The position numbers and the translations under genes are program-made. The notes beneath the pieces are model-generated. The model searched no databases. It was not told the origin of the DNA and was given only the letters and a program-made list of their open reading frames with translations. Positions 1 through 12,450 of a stretch of 64,000 nt of DNA are shown here, piece by piece (position 1 is the stretch's first letter; every line of letters begins with the position of its first letter). Source of the stretch: Lepidodermella squamata (Eukaryota; Animalia; Gastrotricha); NCBI GenBank assembly GCA_047495785.1, contig JBLDXI010000045.1, positions 310,001-374,000 of the forward strand, in the 5' to 3' direction.

Positions 1-1515
1 CGAGATAAGAATCGAAGTTTCTCGTTTAAAGCCGAAGCAAGAAGTCTCTATCCTCGCTCAAACTACACGAAATGAAGTTACCCTGTCTTCGTTCGCTAAT
101 TACGTAGCAGATGAGAATGGCATCATCGATTTGAAGCGTGACCAGGCTATTGAAGGTGGAACCTACGAAGGTCTCGAACCTATGGGCTTGTTTTGGTCTA
201 TGGAGCTGACATCGGAAATAAAAATGCCGTTCCGAATGCTGAATGGCAACGATTTAGACAAATGGACTTTCAATCTAAACGTTTTGAATGGCCATCGAAA
301 ATCTCTCAAGGAAGCTGTTTCTACCTCATCAATTCCATTGGCGACAACTACAATTGATAGAATGTTTCTTCCAAGCGGTGTCAAGCGGCTCAATGTGACT
401 TACGGCAAACTGCGTGGCGCGTTGTTTCTACCTGAAGGTATGTTGTTTTAGAAATTACGTTGATTTAGTAGCGGCATGTTCTTAAGAGCCTGTAGAAGCT
501 TTGTAATGTGTATTTACGGGTGTCAAAAGCATGCCAGAGCAAACCAGGGGAGCCGTTTATGCCCTCCGACCGCCGAATAGGTGTTTTAAGCGTCGCGTTT
601 CGACCACATCTACTCGACACATTTGTCTCTGAAAATAATCGAATATTTCTCAAATTTTTTAAGCTGGATTTTTATTTGTAATCTACAGGAGCTAGCGGGA
701 AATTACCGGCAATCATCGATTTTTTCGGCGGCGCACATGGTTTGGTTGCGTATCGAGGTGGTCTTTTCGCCAAGAAGGGATATGCCTGCCTCTGCGTGGC
801 CTATGCTGCCTACGCCGATCTACCTCGTGAACTGGAGAACATGAATATCGACTACTTCAATTTGGCCCACGAATTTCTGGTGAAGCATCCGAATATTGAT
901 AGAAACAACATCGGAGCTTTCGGCTCGTGTCTAGGCGGAACTCTCGCTATGCTACTTGCCCGCTGCCAACCTAATATTAAAGCAGTTGCAGCTGTTAGCC
1001 CTGAATCGTTTTGCGGGACTTTTGACTACGTTTTGCGAGATGAGAACGGCAATCAACGAACAGTGCCCGGTGTTCAATGGAAAAAAGAATACGTTATTCA
1101 ACGTGACGATGCTGTCGACATACGGCCCTGCATTCTACCGTCAGTCAACGACCCGAAGGAGGGCTATCGGAAGCACACTTTCGAATATGGGAAAGTCAAA
1201 GCGCCGCTTTTGTTCATGTTTGGCTCTGACGATCAATTTTTCGAGCTCGATTTAGTGTTGAAAATGATCAAAGAAATGTTTGATGAAGAGAAGAAAACAA
1301 ATGCTGAAATCATTGTCTACCCCGGTGCCGGCCACATAATTCAGCCGTGTCACATGCCGCTCTTCGCCAAATATTTCAGTCCTTTTGTGGGACTGAATGT
1401 GTGGTTCGGCGGGCAAAAAGTACCTCATGCCCGAGCACAGGAACAGATGTGGAAAAGGACGTTGGACTTCTTTGCTAAGCATTTGAAAAGCTCTAATACT
1501 GCCGCGAAATTATAA
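1..1515 (+). CDS. Acyl-CoA thioesterase / BAAT-family alpha/beta hydrolase, 5' partial, predicted peroxisomal
   Basis: Exons <1..437 and 689..1515 (GT-AG, phase consistent). Family motifs GGTYEGLEPMGLFWSM, LRGALFLP, AIIDFFGG, nucleophile elbow GSCLGG, GSDD (Asp) and YPGAGHIIQP (His). Ends in AKL, a PTS1-type signal. Confidence 0.92.
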
Positions 1516-1644
1516 TTTATTCAATGATTGATTGTTCATTACTCAAAAATGAATATAGTATTTTATCTATTGAAACTATTTTTCGAAATTAAAATGACGA
1601 TATGATGCAATTCCAGACTTTTTATCGATAATATATTGTGGCAA

Positions 1645-3770
1645 ATGCTGGTTCGATGGCGAGCTATACCAGGCATGATTTTCCTCATTGATGTAAACCG
1701 TAATTCTCAATTTGTTGATCTTAGCTGCGAAAGTGTTCAATCGGTTGGTTCACATTGCCGCCCCAGCCATGTCAGCAGTAGATGAAAGCGTAAATTGAGT
1801 AACGAAAGTTTTTCTCCGCGACGTGGAATATTTTTTCAGATAGCGATTTCGATAACCGGGGTTCAACCGAGTCAGGAAATCACAATCCGGGCCGATGCGA
1901 CAAGACACGAAGTCACTCTATCGTCTTTTGCCAATTTCAAAGTCTCAGACAAGGAAATCGATTTGTCACGTGATCCATCTCTGGGCGGTTCATACGCTGG
2001 CGTGGATCCAATGGGTCTATTCAGCTACATGAAAACAACGAGCGAGCTCAAAACTGTATTCAAAATGGTCATCGGCCGGGTTGAACACTGGCCAGTCAAA
2101 ATTTCAGTATATGACGGCCATGCAAAAACGTTTGAGGACTTGAGGTAGGTTCCAAGCCACCTTAATCGCGGTTTGATAAGTACCAATGATGATACCTTGA
2201 AGATGGGGAATTGCGCACTGGGTATCCTTTAACAAAATGTTGCAAGTGATTAAGTTTTCAGGGTTGAAAGATCGGAACTTGATGTTTTTTCCATAAAATT
2301 ATCCGTCCCACCAGCTTTCGCTGAAAAATCAAGCTGATAGGAGCTAATATGGATTTTCTGCAAAATTTAGAAGCTTTTAAAATATTTCCAAGGTTAGATT
2401 TTTAATCGCCAAAATCGGGTAAAAATATGAAATTTGTAGGAAAATTAGGAATTTCACTTGCCTAAATTCGGTTCGAATCGCTACATCTTTTGAGCAATTT
2501 TTACCTTCGAAAACAAGGGTTTGACCAACATGTTTGGTAATTTTTCGCGAAACATTTTTTTGAATTTTTAAATAAATTTTTAAATAAATTTAGACATCAA
2601 AAGCCGTTAGCTGAGCGAACGATTCACAGAATGTTTTTGCCCCGTGGAGTTCGTCGGATAGATGTGAAGTACAAAACTCTTCGAGGTTTCCTATTTATGC
2701 CAACTACCGAGTCAAGCGGAATGCTACCAGCTGTTATCGACATATTCGGAGGTCTGATTTCGCCGAGTTCTTCCTTAATATTTCGAATATTAATGCTTTA
2801 TTTCTCAGGCGCCTGGGGTCTTGTAGCACATCGTGCCTCGTTGCTAGCCCGTCACGGCTTTGCTGTCATGGCTGTGGCCTATGCCGCATACGATGACCTA
2901 CCGAAACAGCTCCATCGAATGGACATGGGCTATTTCGCCCAGGCTGTCGAGTATTTGCGGTACCAGGTGCCGGAAATTGACGGCCGGCGCATCGGTATTA
3001 TGGGGTCTTGCCTGGGCGGGACTATCGCGCTTTCCCTAGCTCGCGAATGCAAAAAAATTCGAGCGGCTGCTATTGTTAGCGCCGAGCCTATCGCTGGCGA
3101 GTGGGACTACTACTTCCCCTCAGTTGGCGAGGTCGTGAAAGGCTGTAAATGGCAGGTGGAGAAGAAGGTTCACAACGGTGAAACTTTCACGAATATATCG
3201 CAGCGGAAGAGCCTGCAAGAGGCAGGCGGCAGTTATGACTCGTGGCGAAAATTCAATTTGCAGTTCGGAAAAATTCGCGGTGCCCCGATTTTGATGTTCT
3301 ACGGCTCCGATGATCAGCTGTTCGATTTAGATTTCACAATATCAACCATTCGCCAGCAGTTTGATGAAGCGAAGAAGAAAAATTATGAAATTGTGGTGTA
3401 TAAAAACGCAGGCCATATCATACAGCCGAGTTACATGCCAATGTTTAGCCAATATTTCAGCCCAATTTTCGGTCAATTATTTTTCTTTAAAAATATTCCA
3501 ATTTAATTTTGAATCTCTCCAGGATCCTTGGTTCGGTATGGAGGTGTCCAGCCGTATCACACCTACGCGCAGGCCGATATGTGGCAGCGGTGTTTGACGT
3601 TTTTTAAGGCGCATTTACAGGATTCACATTTGGACGATTTGAAGGTGGAGCGGCTGGTTAACGTTCGGCGAAATAACTTGGGCAAAATTGCGGAAAGTTC
3701 CGATCTTAACTGCCAGTACAATGTAGTTGATTTTGATAAGCATACATCATCGTTTCCGAAAAACTCTTAG
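1645..3770 (+). CDS. Second ACOT/BAAT-family enzyme (tandem paralog)
   Basis: Exons 1645..1672 (tentative, GC donor), 1725..1789, 1840..2144, 2594..2751, 2809..3471, 3523..3770. Motifs GGSYAGVDPMGLF, AVIDIFGG, GSCLGG, GSDD, YKNAGHIIQP. No PTS1. The start exon is uncertain. Confidence 0.88.
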
Positions 3771-4190
3771 CCATTATTGTTTTTACTATAATGTTACGTT
3801 TTTTTTATGACGTTGCTTCAAGGTGGATTATCATGAAATTAAATTATGGCTAGACCTGAGCAACAGGTGGTTTTGTTTTTCTTGCATTTTCGCACACAGG
3901 AGAAACAAATACGTGTCAAATATAAGAAGAAGAAGCAGGACGAGAATGCGGGGACTCGGCAGCATGTTGATACTAGCTATATGTTATAGGTTGGATGGCT
4001 AGCAGGTGTGCTTGGCTGTGCTGTCAATATTTTCAACGCCGCTCGCCGTCGTGGTTATTAAGCGCTGAAGCGTTGAAAGCTACGAACATGATTTAAAAAA
4101 GACTTATAGTCTAATTATAGAGAGAAGCTTTAGCACCCGTCCAACACAAAATAGGTGCATAATATAACAACTTTTTATCTCGCTGAATAA

Positions 4191-5012
4191 ATGTCATCTG
4201 AAACCGTGTTCGACTTGGGCGAATATCTCTGTCGTGAATGTGGGCTATTCGTAAAAAATTACATCGAACTACAAATCCATATTATCGACGCTCACTGTGA
4301 CCCATTGGCCAAAAATTCCAATTCGATCAATAGACCTAAATGGAATTTAGGGATGCTTCTTGAACAGCAGGATTTACTCGAAATTCATCCGCCCTTTGAA
4401 GTGCAACCTGTTGAATCGCCAAGTTCTCCTTCCATCTCTTATTCGACATCCCAAAAGCGTGAAAGTATGGATTTAGGCGAGGTCGCTGATTTAACACCTG
4501 GCGATGGTTGTAGCTACACTTATGATAACTTTACCTGTGACGAGACCTTGTGAGAGATCAAAATGACGCGCTTCAAATAAGCGAGCGACCTCATGCCTGT
4601 CCATATTGCGAGAAACGTTTCCATGAACGTCGTACGCTCGACAACCACATGAGAACTCACACGGGAGAAAGGCCTTACCAATGCGACTATTGCCCGGCTA
4701 CTTTTCGCCAGAAGGCTAACAAAGCACGCCATATGAGGGCCCATGTTTTCACGGAGAAAAACAGGGGAGATAGGCCATTTCAGTGCGATCAGTGTCTGGC
4801 TAGGTTTCGCCAGAGGACTAACAAAATTCGCCACATGAGGACGCATGTTTTAACGGAAAAATCTGTCGATTGTACTGTGTGTGGAGTCACCTTCAACAGC
4901 ACTTACGGGTATGAGATTTGGACTTTTTCTCAGTATGCCTTATAATTCGGTTAAAAATTCCAGCCTCGCACTTCATCGGCGAAGCCACTTCGCAACGGCA
5001 GGCTATCAATGA
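4191..5012 (+). pseudogene. C2H2 zinc-finger gene, frameshifted near 4540 (probable pseudogene)
   Basis: An N-terminal finger CRECG...HIIDAH, then a short deletion relative to the paralog gives a stop at 4553. Fingers with HTGERPY linkers continue in another frame (4550-4907), and the last exon 4964..5012 completes the final finger. Confidence 0.75.
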
Positions 5013-6200
5013 AGGGCTGCTTTATCACCTATACAGACTGAAACAATTTTTAATTACTGATCAGTGATTTCAGTTGAAATAAATATTTTTTTGGAATTTC
5101 GGCAATTATTCTTAGGTACATTATTTTCTGCTTACGATTCCTCCTGGGAAGATAAAAAATGTTCTCATTTTCGCTTTTTTTGGAATAATCTATATCGACG
5201 GCATCTTCTGAAATTTTTTTGAATTTCGAAGCCACTGATTGAGTATGTTTGAACGGGAAACAGCTTTTTACTCGAAATAAGAGCCACTTTTTGAAAAATT
5301 CTATAGATTCAAGGCGAAGTATGAGTTCTGGATTGAACACTCCGTTGTATAGAGAATTTTACGCTGAATTTAATAGTGATTTTTTTTTTAAATTATTGTG
5401 GTCAATTGATGCCCAAGAAATATCCGAAAAGTTATTTCAGGCCGCTAGAAAATTCCAAAATTAGGTTCCGCTAATGTAAATTAGGTTCAGCTCACCGAAA
5501 ATTTGGTTCCGGCAAAAGGAAGACCCATTCAGAAAAGCCGTTTTGGCCGAATTATTAATTGTTTAAAATTCGTTCCGCTTCCGCAAAAGTCAATTTAGGT
5601 TCCGATACAATTAAGAGCCTATTATTTCGAGGGGAGCAGCGTTGCTTGACGTTTTAAAAAAATCAAATTTTTACCAAAAAAATTCCGAAGTTTCCGAAGT
5701 TCCGATCTTAGGTCCGTTGATTTTGGCAATCAAGCATCATCGTTTCCTCTTTTAGCCGTGACATAATTTTTTACTAGCGTTACATTTTCGTGTGATTCTT
5801 ACGTGTTTCACGTCATCATGATAACGTACACGAAAGGTTTGTTTTTCTTGTGTTGACGCGGTTCGTGCGAGCGCGCCTCGGTGATACGATATACACCGTT
5901 AATTACGTGCCAAGTATAAATATATAATATATGATAAAGAACATGAATGCGGGAACTCTCGCGGCTGCACTTTTGCATACAGTAGGCTGGACAGATAGCA
6001 GCTGGAATGTTAGGCTGTTGTCAACGTTTTCAACTCCGCTCGCCGCCTCGTGTTTGTCAGGGGGAGAAGCGCCAAGCGCCACGAAAATATACTTCACTGA
6101 AGTCGTTACTCTCGTTTCAAGACAACATAATTATATAGAGAGGCCGAAGCTTTCTCTCTCATCCAAATAAATCATAGCTTGTATAGTCTCACGTTAAAAA

Positions 6201-7271
6201 ATGTCATCTGACAATGCTTTCCAAATCGGTGAATTTCTATGTAACGAGTGCGGGCTATTTGTAAAAAATCCGATGCAATTGCGAAATCATATTAATGATA
6301 TTCATGGAGATAAATCGGCGGATGAGGCGAGGCAACGGACGATCAAGAGGCCGCTTCCATTTACTAAACGGCACGTAGAAATGCTTCGTCAACATCAGGA
6401 TTTTCTAGAAATTCACTCATCCTTCGAAATACAACCTGTTGAATCGCCAAGTTCTTCTCCCTCCATTCCTTATTCCACACCTCGGCAGAGTGAAAGTGAC
6501 TATTTAGGCGAGGCCATTGAGCTGCCAACTTCTCCCTCAGCAATCTCTAACGCCTCATCTCGGAAGCGTGGAAGGGCCAGTTTTAACGAAGTCATTGAGT
6601 TCAAATCTGGCGAATCGCCGATTTCTCCCCCAATTTCAAGCGCCTCATCTCGGAAGCGTGAAAGGACATATTTTAACGAGGTCATTGAGTTCAAATCTCG
6701 CGAATCGCCAATTTCCTACGCCTCATCTCAAAAGCGTGAAAGCGACTATTTAGGTGAGGTCATTGAGCCGCCAATTTCTCCCTCAATCTCATACGCCTCA
6801 TCATCTCGGAAACGGAAAAGTATTGATTTAGGAGAGGCCATTGAGTTCAAATCTGGCGACGGTTACACCTGTGATCACTGCGAATTTACCTGTGACGATG
6901 AAGTGATCATGAGAGCTCATAATGAAGCGCACCTAATTAGCGACCGGCCTCATCCTTGTCAATATTGCGAAAGACGTTTCCGAGAGCGCCGGTCACTCGA
7001 CGACCACGTTAGGATTCACACGGGAGAAAAGCCATTTAAATGCGAGCAGTGCTCGGCTAGTTTTCGCCAGTTGCCTAACAAAATACGCCACATGAGGACG
7101 CATGTTATAACGGAAAAATCTATCGACTGCCCGGTGTGTGGAGTCACTTTCAACAGCACGTACAGGTATTCGATTAGGGCGCCTTTATTGTCCTCAGTGT
7201 GTAATTCGGTTTGAAATTTCAGCCTCGCGCTTCATCGGCGGAACCACTTCGCAGCAGCCGGCTATCATTGA
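6201..7271 (+). CDS. C2H2 zinc-finger transcription factor
   Basis: Exons 6201..7165 and 7223..7271. One N-terminal finger, a Ser/Pro-rich internal repeat, then four C-terminal fingers including an HTGEKPF linker. Confidence 0.9.
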
Positions 7272-9289
7272 AGGGCTGCTTTTACGCAGGCTGAAACAAC
7301 TAAATTATTGATCTTCGATTTCAGTTCAAATAAATTATTTTTTTGCTGGAAATTTATCAAGTATTTATTTTTATTTTTTTTATTGCCAATAAGATCTCGG
7401 GATAGAAATTAAGCATCTTTATGGCATCTTGTCGCAAATTTTTTCAAATGGTCAGCTGGACCTTGACCTTAGGTATTACCTACTTCTTATTTCGAGGTAA
7501 TATTTCAACAAGTAACCTTATCATAGGTAGGTTATTATAATAATTAGGTAATTTTTCTAATACAGTGAAACTGAGAAGTTGCGTATGGGGTGCATGAGTT
7601 GAAACAAAAAATATCTAACACGCACTTGAACTAATGTTAGATGTTAGCTCTAAACTTAGGTTCGAACAAAAAAACAACAAGACTTAGAAAGTATAACTCG
7701 GACATTTGGAGGAATTTTAATATAGGTTGAAAAATATGAATATTCATGAGGTGCTTATCATAAATTATCATTCAGAAGCAATTTAGTCGAGCCAAGTTAT
7801 TCTGGAAAAATAGGAAGTTTCATCCTATATAACTTGGTGCTAACTGTTCATTTTTCTTCTGATTTTTCGGCTTCGTTATAAGAATTTCCTAATAGCTTCA
7901 GGATACTTCATGATTTTATTCATACTTTGTTTCTCAAGCTATCCTACTTTCTTAAGGGCAATTTTTGGGAAAGGGCCGAATGAGGAAAAGTGTATCATTG
8001 TTCTGGACTGTTTGAACGAAAATAATGTACATTCTCGCTCGAATGCAAAATAATTATAACAAATATAAAATTAATTCTCCGTTCTTTTATTGTCACGGTA
8101 ATTATTAAAAATTAGGTTGCCAACTTCAGGGCCTAAATTTAGGGTTCCCGTGCTAAATTTCCAAAAATTACGGTTTTTGAGTTCGAACAGTGACGATGTA
8201 AAAAAATCAGTGATTTTTCCGATATTGCCAGTCTATAAGAAGCCAACATAAAAAAATTCTAAATATACCCAAGGTAGCTAAAATAAAAATTCCCAGAAAA
8301 AGGAATAATCAAAGCATCAAGAAATTTGTCATGAAAGCTTCAATTTAGTTAAAATTTAAGGTTATTGACCCTTCAAAATGCATAATTTTCACATCGAAGT
8401 CGGTAGCTGTTTTTTTTTTAATTTTGGAAATACGAAAGAAATGGCACACCTGTAACTTCCGAAGTCTAATCGCCGAGCACTTTTTTATTGACAGTTTCCA
8501 ATGAGGCTGAAATTATTTGTGTTTTAATTTGAGGAAATTTTGAAGGCCGCAATATGAAAATCTGAATTGAGAAATATACAAAATGTGTGAACTGCAAATA
8601 ATCCCAAGCGGCGGCGGCGATCTTGGCGTGGGATCGCCAGACACCTAATAGCCGCTATTGATTATCGCATTGTCGGTATGATGTATCAAACTGATTACTA
8701 CAACAACCCAGCGAAATATGAAAATAATGCATCACATTCACTCTCACATCAGTTTCATTTTTAACGCCATTATACTATTACCACTTGCGCGCACATCAGA
8801 CTCGGTGGCGAATTCGATTGTATATAGGACAACAATGCAGTTGTGAGCAGGCGCGTATTATCATTTATTACTAAAGAATATATCGGCAGCTCATATATAT
8901 TATCTGCGAGAAAATTTACTTCAAATTTCACTATAAGCGCCATATAAAATCGTGTTGTAAAGTTCTAGTTACAACTCGCTTACATTAGGAAAAAATCTTT
9001 AAACAGCCTAATCGCCGATGGTGATAAATTGTCATTTATATATAACGCGGGACCCATATGGAATTTTTTTGAGTTTTAATCACCGCGTAAATTATTGCCG
9101 CTCACCATCAAAGTGTGAGCGCAAAATTGATGCAATAATTTGATTTCACAGCACTCAGGCACCGCCAACTTTGCTTCATATACATCGCGCCTCATTTGAG
9201 CCTGCTGACATTATTATTTTTTGTCTCCGAATAAGGAATATTATGCATTTTATGATTGGAAAAACGAGGCGAAACAACTGCCGGCCAGC

Positions 9290-10654
9290 ATGGAAGTGGC
9301 GCTGAATAAGGTCACCTTAGGCTCTTCACTCGGCAGCCGGGGCGCGCCGATGAATAAAGCTGCTGCCGTGACGTTATTACCTGGCTATATACCAGGATCA
9401 TCGCTGGATCAACCAGCAACAACCGCGCCTCCGCCGCCGAGAAGTTTCGATTTGATGCTCACATGGCTTGAACAATCGTCCGCTGTTGAATTGCTAATAT
9501 TCTGCAGCGCGTTTTGCGTTGTCTTCCTCCTCGCTTTCCTTTTCGCCAACTACATCACCTACCTCAGATCGCGCGGCTACTGCCGGTCGATATTGTTCTG
9601 CCGGCGGGAGCGCCGCTCGCCCAACTCGCTCGAAAGCATGGAGACAGATAGCTTAGCTTCAAATTTGAAGAATAACTACGGCACAGCGCCACGCTTGAGT
9701 GACGATCACGATTTCACGGAGTGTGACGATAGCCGCCTCGACCCGCCCGATAGACGGCCGCGGTACGTCAAAATCTGCCACTGCTGTGCTATTATCACCT
9801 GGCAAAAACCTCGCAGGTCTTTGATGAGCATTATCAACAACCAACTGCCGCCGGGTGCGATTGTTGTGCCGGTTGAAGGTCGGCCATCGCCGTCGCAGAG
9901 CTCGACCTCGGACGATATGTCATCATCTGGTCATTACGGCCGGTCCTCAGAGTCGTCTGATACGAGTGATGAGCGCAGTTCGATAGGTCCGTCACGCTCC
10001 AGTGAGTCGAGTTCCAGTTCGGAATTTCATCGATTTGTCCGAACCTGCGAACTGCCGGTGCCGCCTCGGATCTGCAAACCCCCGCGACGCATCTACGCTT
10101 CAGCTCCTCTGAAAACGTTCGAATCGTTGGAAGAAGAGCAAGCAGACCCCGGTTATGATGTATCAGAAGCGTGGACTGACAGCCAGAGTACCAGCGGTTC
10201 GATTTGGTCGATGCGGGACGCGAGGGACATTCGATTCGGCGGCGCTGTTACGGCGCCTTTATCCAAGCCTGTTCTGCTGATAGAAAAAAGCTACGCATCG
10301 CAGCTTCTCGGTGACGAGTACACAAGTTTGCATAACCTCGCCGCGTCAATACCGTTCAGCGATTCGCTCAACGAAGAACCGGGGCGGAAGGCGTTCCAGC
10401 TGGCTGCTCCCATCGTCGAGGCGGAGCCGTCTGAGAACGAAACCCATGGCGGCCTTGTTGTAGCCAAGTCGCATTTGCAGCGATTTCTTGCCGTTTCTTC
10501 CGCCAAGAATAAAGTGAAAGGCTCATCGCCGCCCAGTTTGACGCGGGAAAATAGCCTTACAAGGACTGATAGTGGACGGAGTAGCAGCCGCAAGCCGTCA
10601 AACGCGTTATTATGGATCGACGATAGCGAACACGAAGTCGTCCCGACCTCATAG
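9290..10654 (+). CDS. Orphan single-pass membrane protein with long Ser-rich cytoplasmic tail
   Basis: Long single ORF, first ATG at 9290. One hydrophobic helix (LLIFCSAFCVVFLLAFLFANYITYL) is followed by a basic/Cys stretch. No signal peptide and no recognised domain. Confidence 0.7.
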   Translation: MEVALNKVTLGSSLGSRGAPMNKAAAVTLLPGYIPGSSLDQPATTAPPPPRSFDLMLTWLEQSSAVELLIFCSAFCVVFLLAFLFANYITYLRSRGYCRSILFCRRERRSPNSLESMETDSLASNLKNNYGTAPRLSDDHDFTECDDSRLDPPDRRPRYVKICHCCAIITWQKPRRSLMSIINNQLPPGAIVVPVEGRPSPSQSSTSDDMSSSGHYGRSSESSDTSDERSSIGPSRSSESSSSSEFHRFVRTCELPVPPRICKPPRRIYASAPLKTFESLEEEQADPGYDVSEAWTDSQSTSGSIWSMRDARDIRFGGAVTAPLSKPVLLIEKSYASQLLGDEYTSLHNLAASIPFSDSLNEEPGRKAFQLAAPIVEAEPSENETHGGLVVAKSHLQRFLAVSSAKNKVKGSSPPSLTRENSLTRTDSGRSSSRKPSNALLWIDDSEHEVVPTS

Positions 10655-12394
10655 AATAATTCCAAAACACCCTACTTCGCGGTTTTTTCCGCATGCTTCG
10701 TATAGATACTCGAAGCTCAATATGGAGTCTTCATAAATCATCTTCACAGCCTCAAACTTGAATTTAAAAAATAAAATAAAAAATGATGAGTAAACATTTT
10801 TAATTTCTTGTCATTTCGGAACCATGGCAAAAAATAATCCTTGATTTAGTGTCATCCGATTAGCTCCCATAGGGCTGTTATGCGTCACGGCTCAACGCAA
10901 TTGAAGTTGCGCGCAGGTTGTCTTAGATTTGTAATCGCAGGTGATCAGCGTCACGCTTGCGTGGCTACAACGTAATTAAATCGGTCATCTCTGCGGTTGA
11001 TGATACTACGTTAGATTCGGATTCACTACATTACAGAGCGCAGCGCCTTATTTATATTTATTTTCCACTCTACAAGTATAACATGCGCACCTGCCCACTC
11101 GGGCGCATTATTGCATCGCACTCCTCACAAAGTGATATCGGTGTAAAATAAAAAAACGCAAAATACCTTTTACACTTAATCATCGAAATGACTCTTCTAA
11201 ACCTGATTCACACACACTGCCAGTAAATCACCGCTCGTTATTTCATGCGAACGATAAAAATCGATGATGTAAGCCGTCGCTCAGGTGCTGCGGATAATAA
11301 GATGAAATAATTATGTGCAATTATACAACACTTATTATTTGCATGCTGACTATTTTTTCTGTCTGCATAGAGAGCCGTGAAAACTGTTTGCACTTACATC
11401 ATCTGGCGAATTTTCTTAATTTTATTTCAATAATCATAGCATAGCTCGGCGTATAATATATAGGAAGTTGAATTAATTTTTATCGACGATTTTCGTTTTT
11501 TTTTGCCAACGGCCGTGTCTCGTGACTTGACCACTTGCAGTCGTCAAAAGTGCCTCGGGCAATCAGCGACAAAAGAATTGTTTCAAGTATCATCCTAATC
11601 AAATTATCATTTCCGCCTTCAACAATAGCGTATTACACTATCACTTGGCTGAAGTCCATTTCATATTTTATTTGAATAAGTATTGAACAGCTAGGTAGTT
11701 TAACCTGCAAGAAAGTCACGTTCTATAAGATGCATCAGGTATCCGATTTCGTTTAGCTTTTCGCGTGAAGTTTCGATAGAAATGCTGCTTTAATCTTTAT
11801 GCTTAATATTTAGTAATCCAAGCAAAAAATCGGTGTTTTTGGCTCGTATGGCTTCATCATGATGTGTTTATTTTGCCGTTTAATTAAGGTTTCGCGTGTG
11901 AAATCACTCGGGCCCATCTCGGACATTTCAACGTTGTAGAAAACTCTAAGGACTTCCACCATGTGGATTTTCCTGATAGGAAATCAATTTCTTTTTAAAC
12001 AAGTTCAAATTCTTGCCTTGCTACTTCCTATATCGATATTAGGCCGTTATGTCTTACAAGTCCGATTTTACCGGTAGTGATTTCTTGTACTTCGCACGGC
12101 ATAAGAGCGCCCACTCGTGTACGGGATACTAACTACTCCAAGCTGAAAAGCTGTCGCTATAATATTTATCTATTCATATGCATCGATTGGTTCGCTAGCA
12201 GCTGCGAGGTTGAGGCGACTCGAATTCGAGGGAGCAAATATTGATAGGAGACTCATCATCAACGGCACAGTTGTCGAAAAGAAATTTCCATTTTTTTCGC
12301 CCATACTTATAGTATTGGCTTTTATACATCACTTTTCAACAATTTGAAGGATCCTCAAATTCTTGAGGGTTGGAAGACAGGTGTCCGTTCAACC

Positions 12395-12402
12395 TATATA
12401 AA
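12395..12402 (+). promoter_or_regulatory. Candidate TATA box
   Basis: TATATAAA about 55 nt upstream of the ATG at 12451. Confidence 0.45.
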
Positions 12403-12450
12403 GGAGTTTTTTGTCCCTTTTTCACTAGAAAAATCGCAGATTTTATTTAA

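Larger units (their letters stand above)
3695..7345 (+). repeat. Tandem duplication of the zinc-finger locus (units about 3695-5100 and 5690-7345)
   Basis: Both units share upstream blocks (aagttccgatctta..., catcatcgtttcc, gaatgcggg, ttttcaa...cgctcgccg), coding sequence, the terminal intron and the 3' UTR (tgaagggctgcttt...gctgaaacaa-like). Boundaries are approximate. Confidence 0.8.

Noticed and set aside
9221-10654. MRAP-like melanocortin accessory protein
   Set aside because: Only the topology is similar. The EYY near the ORF start lies upstream of the first ATG, and no MRAP motif precedes the TM helix.
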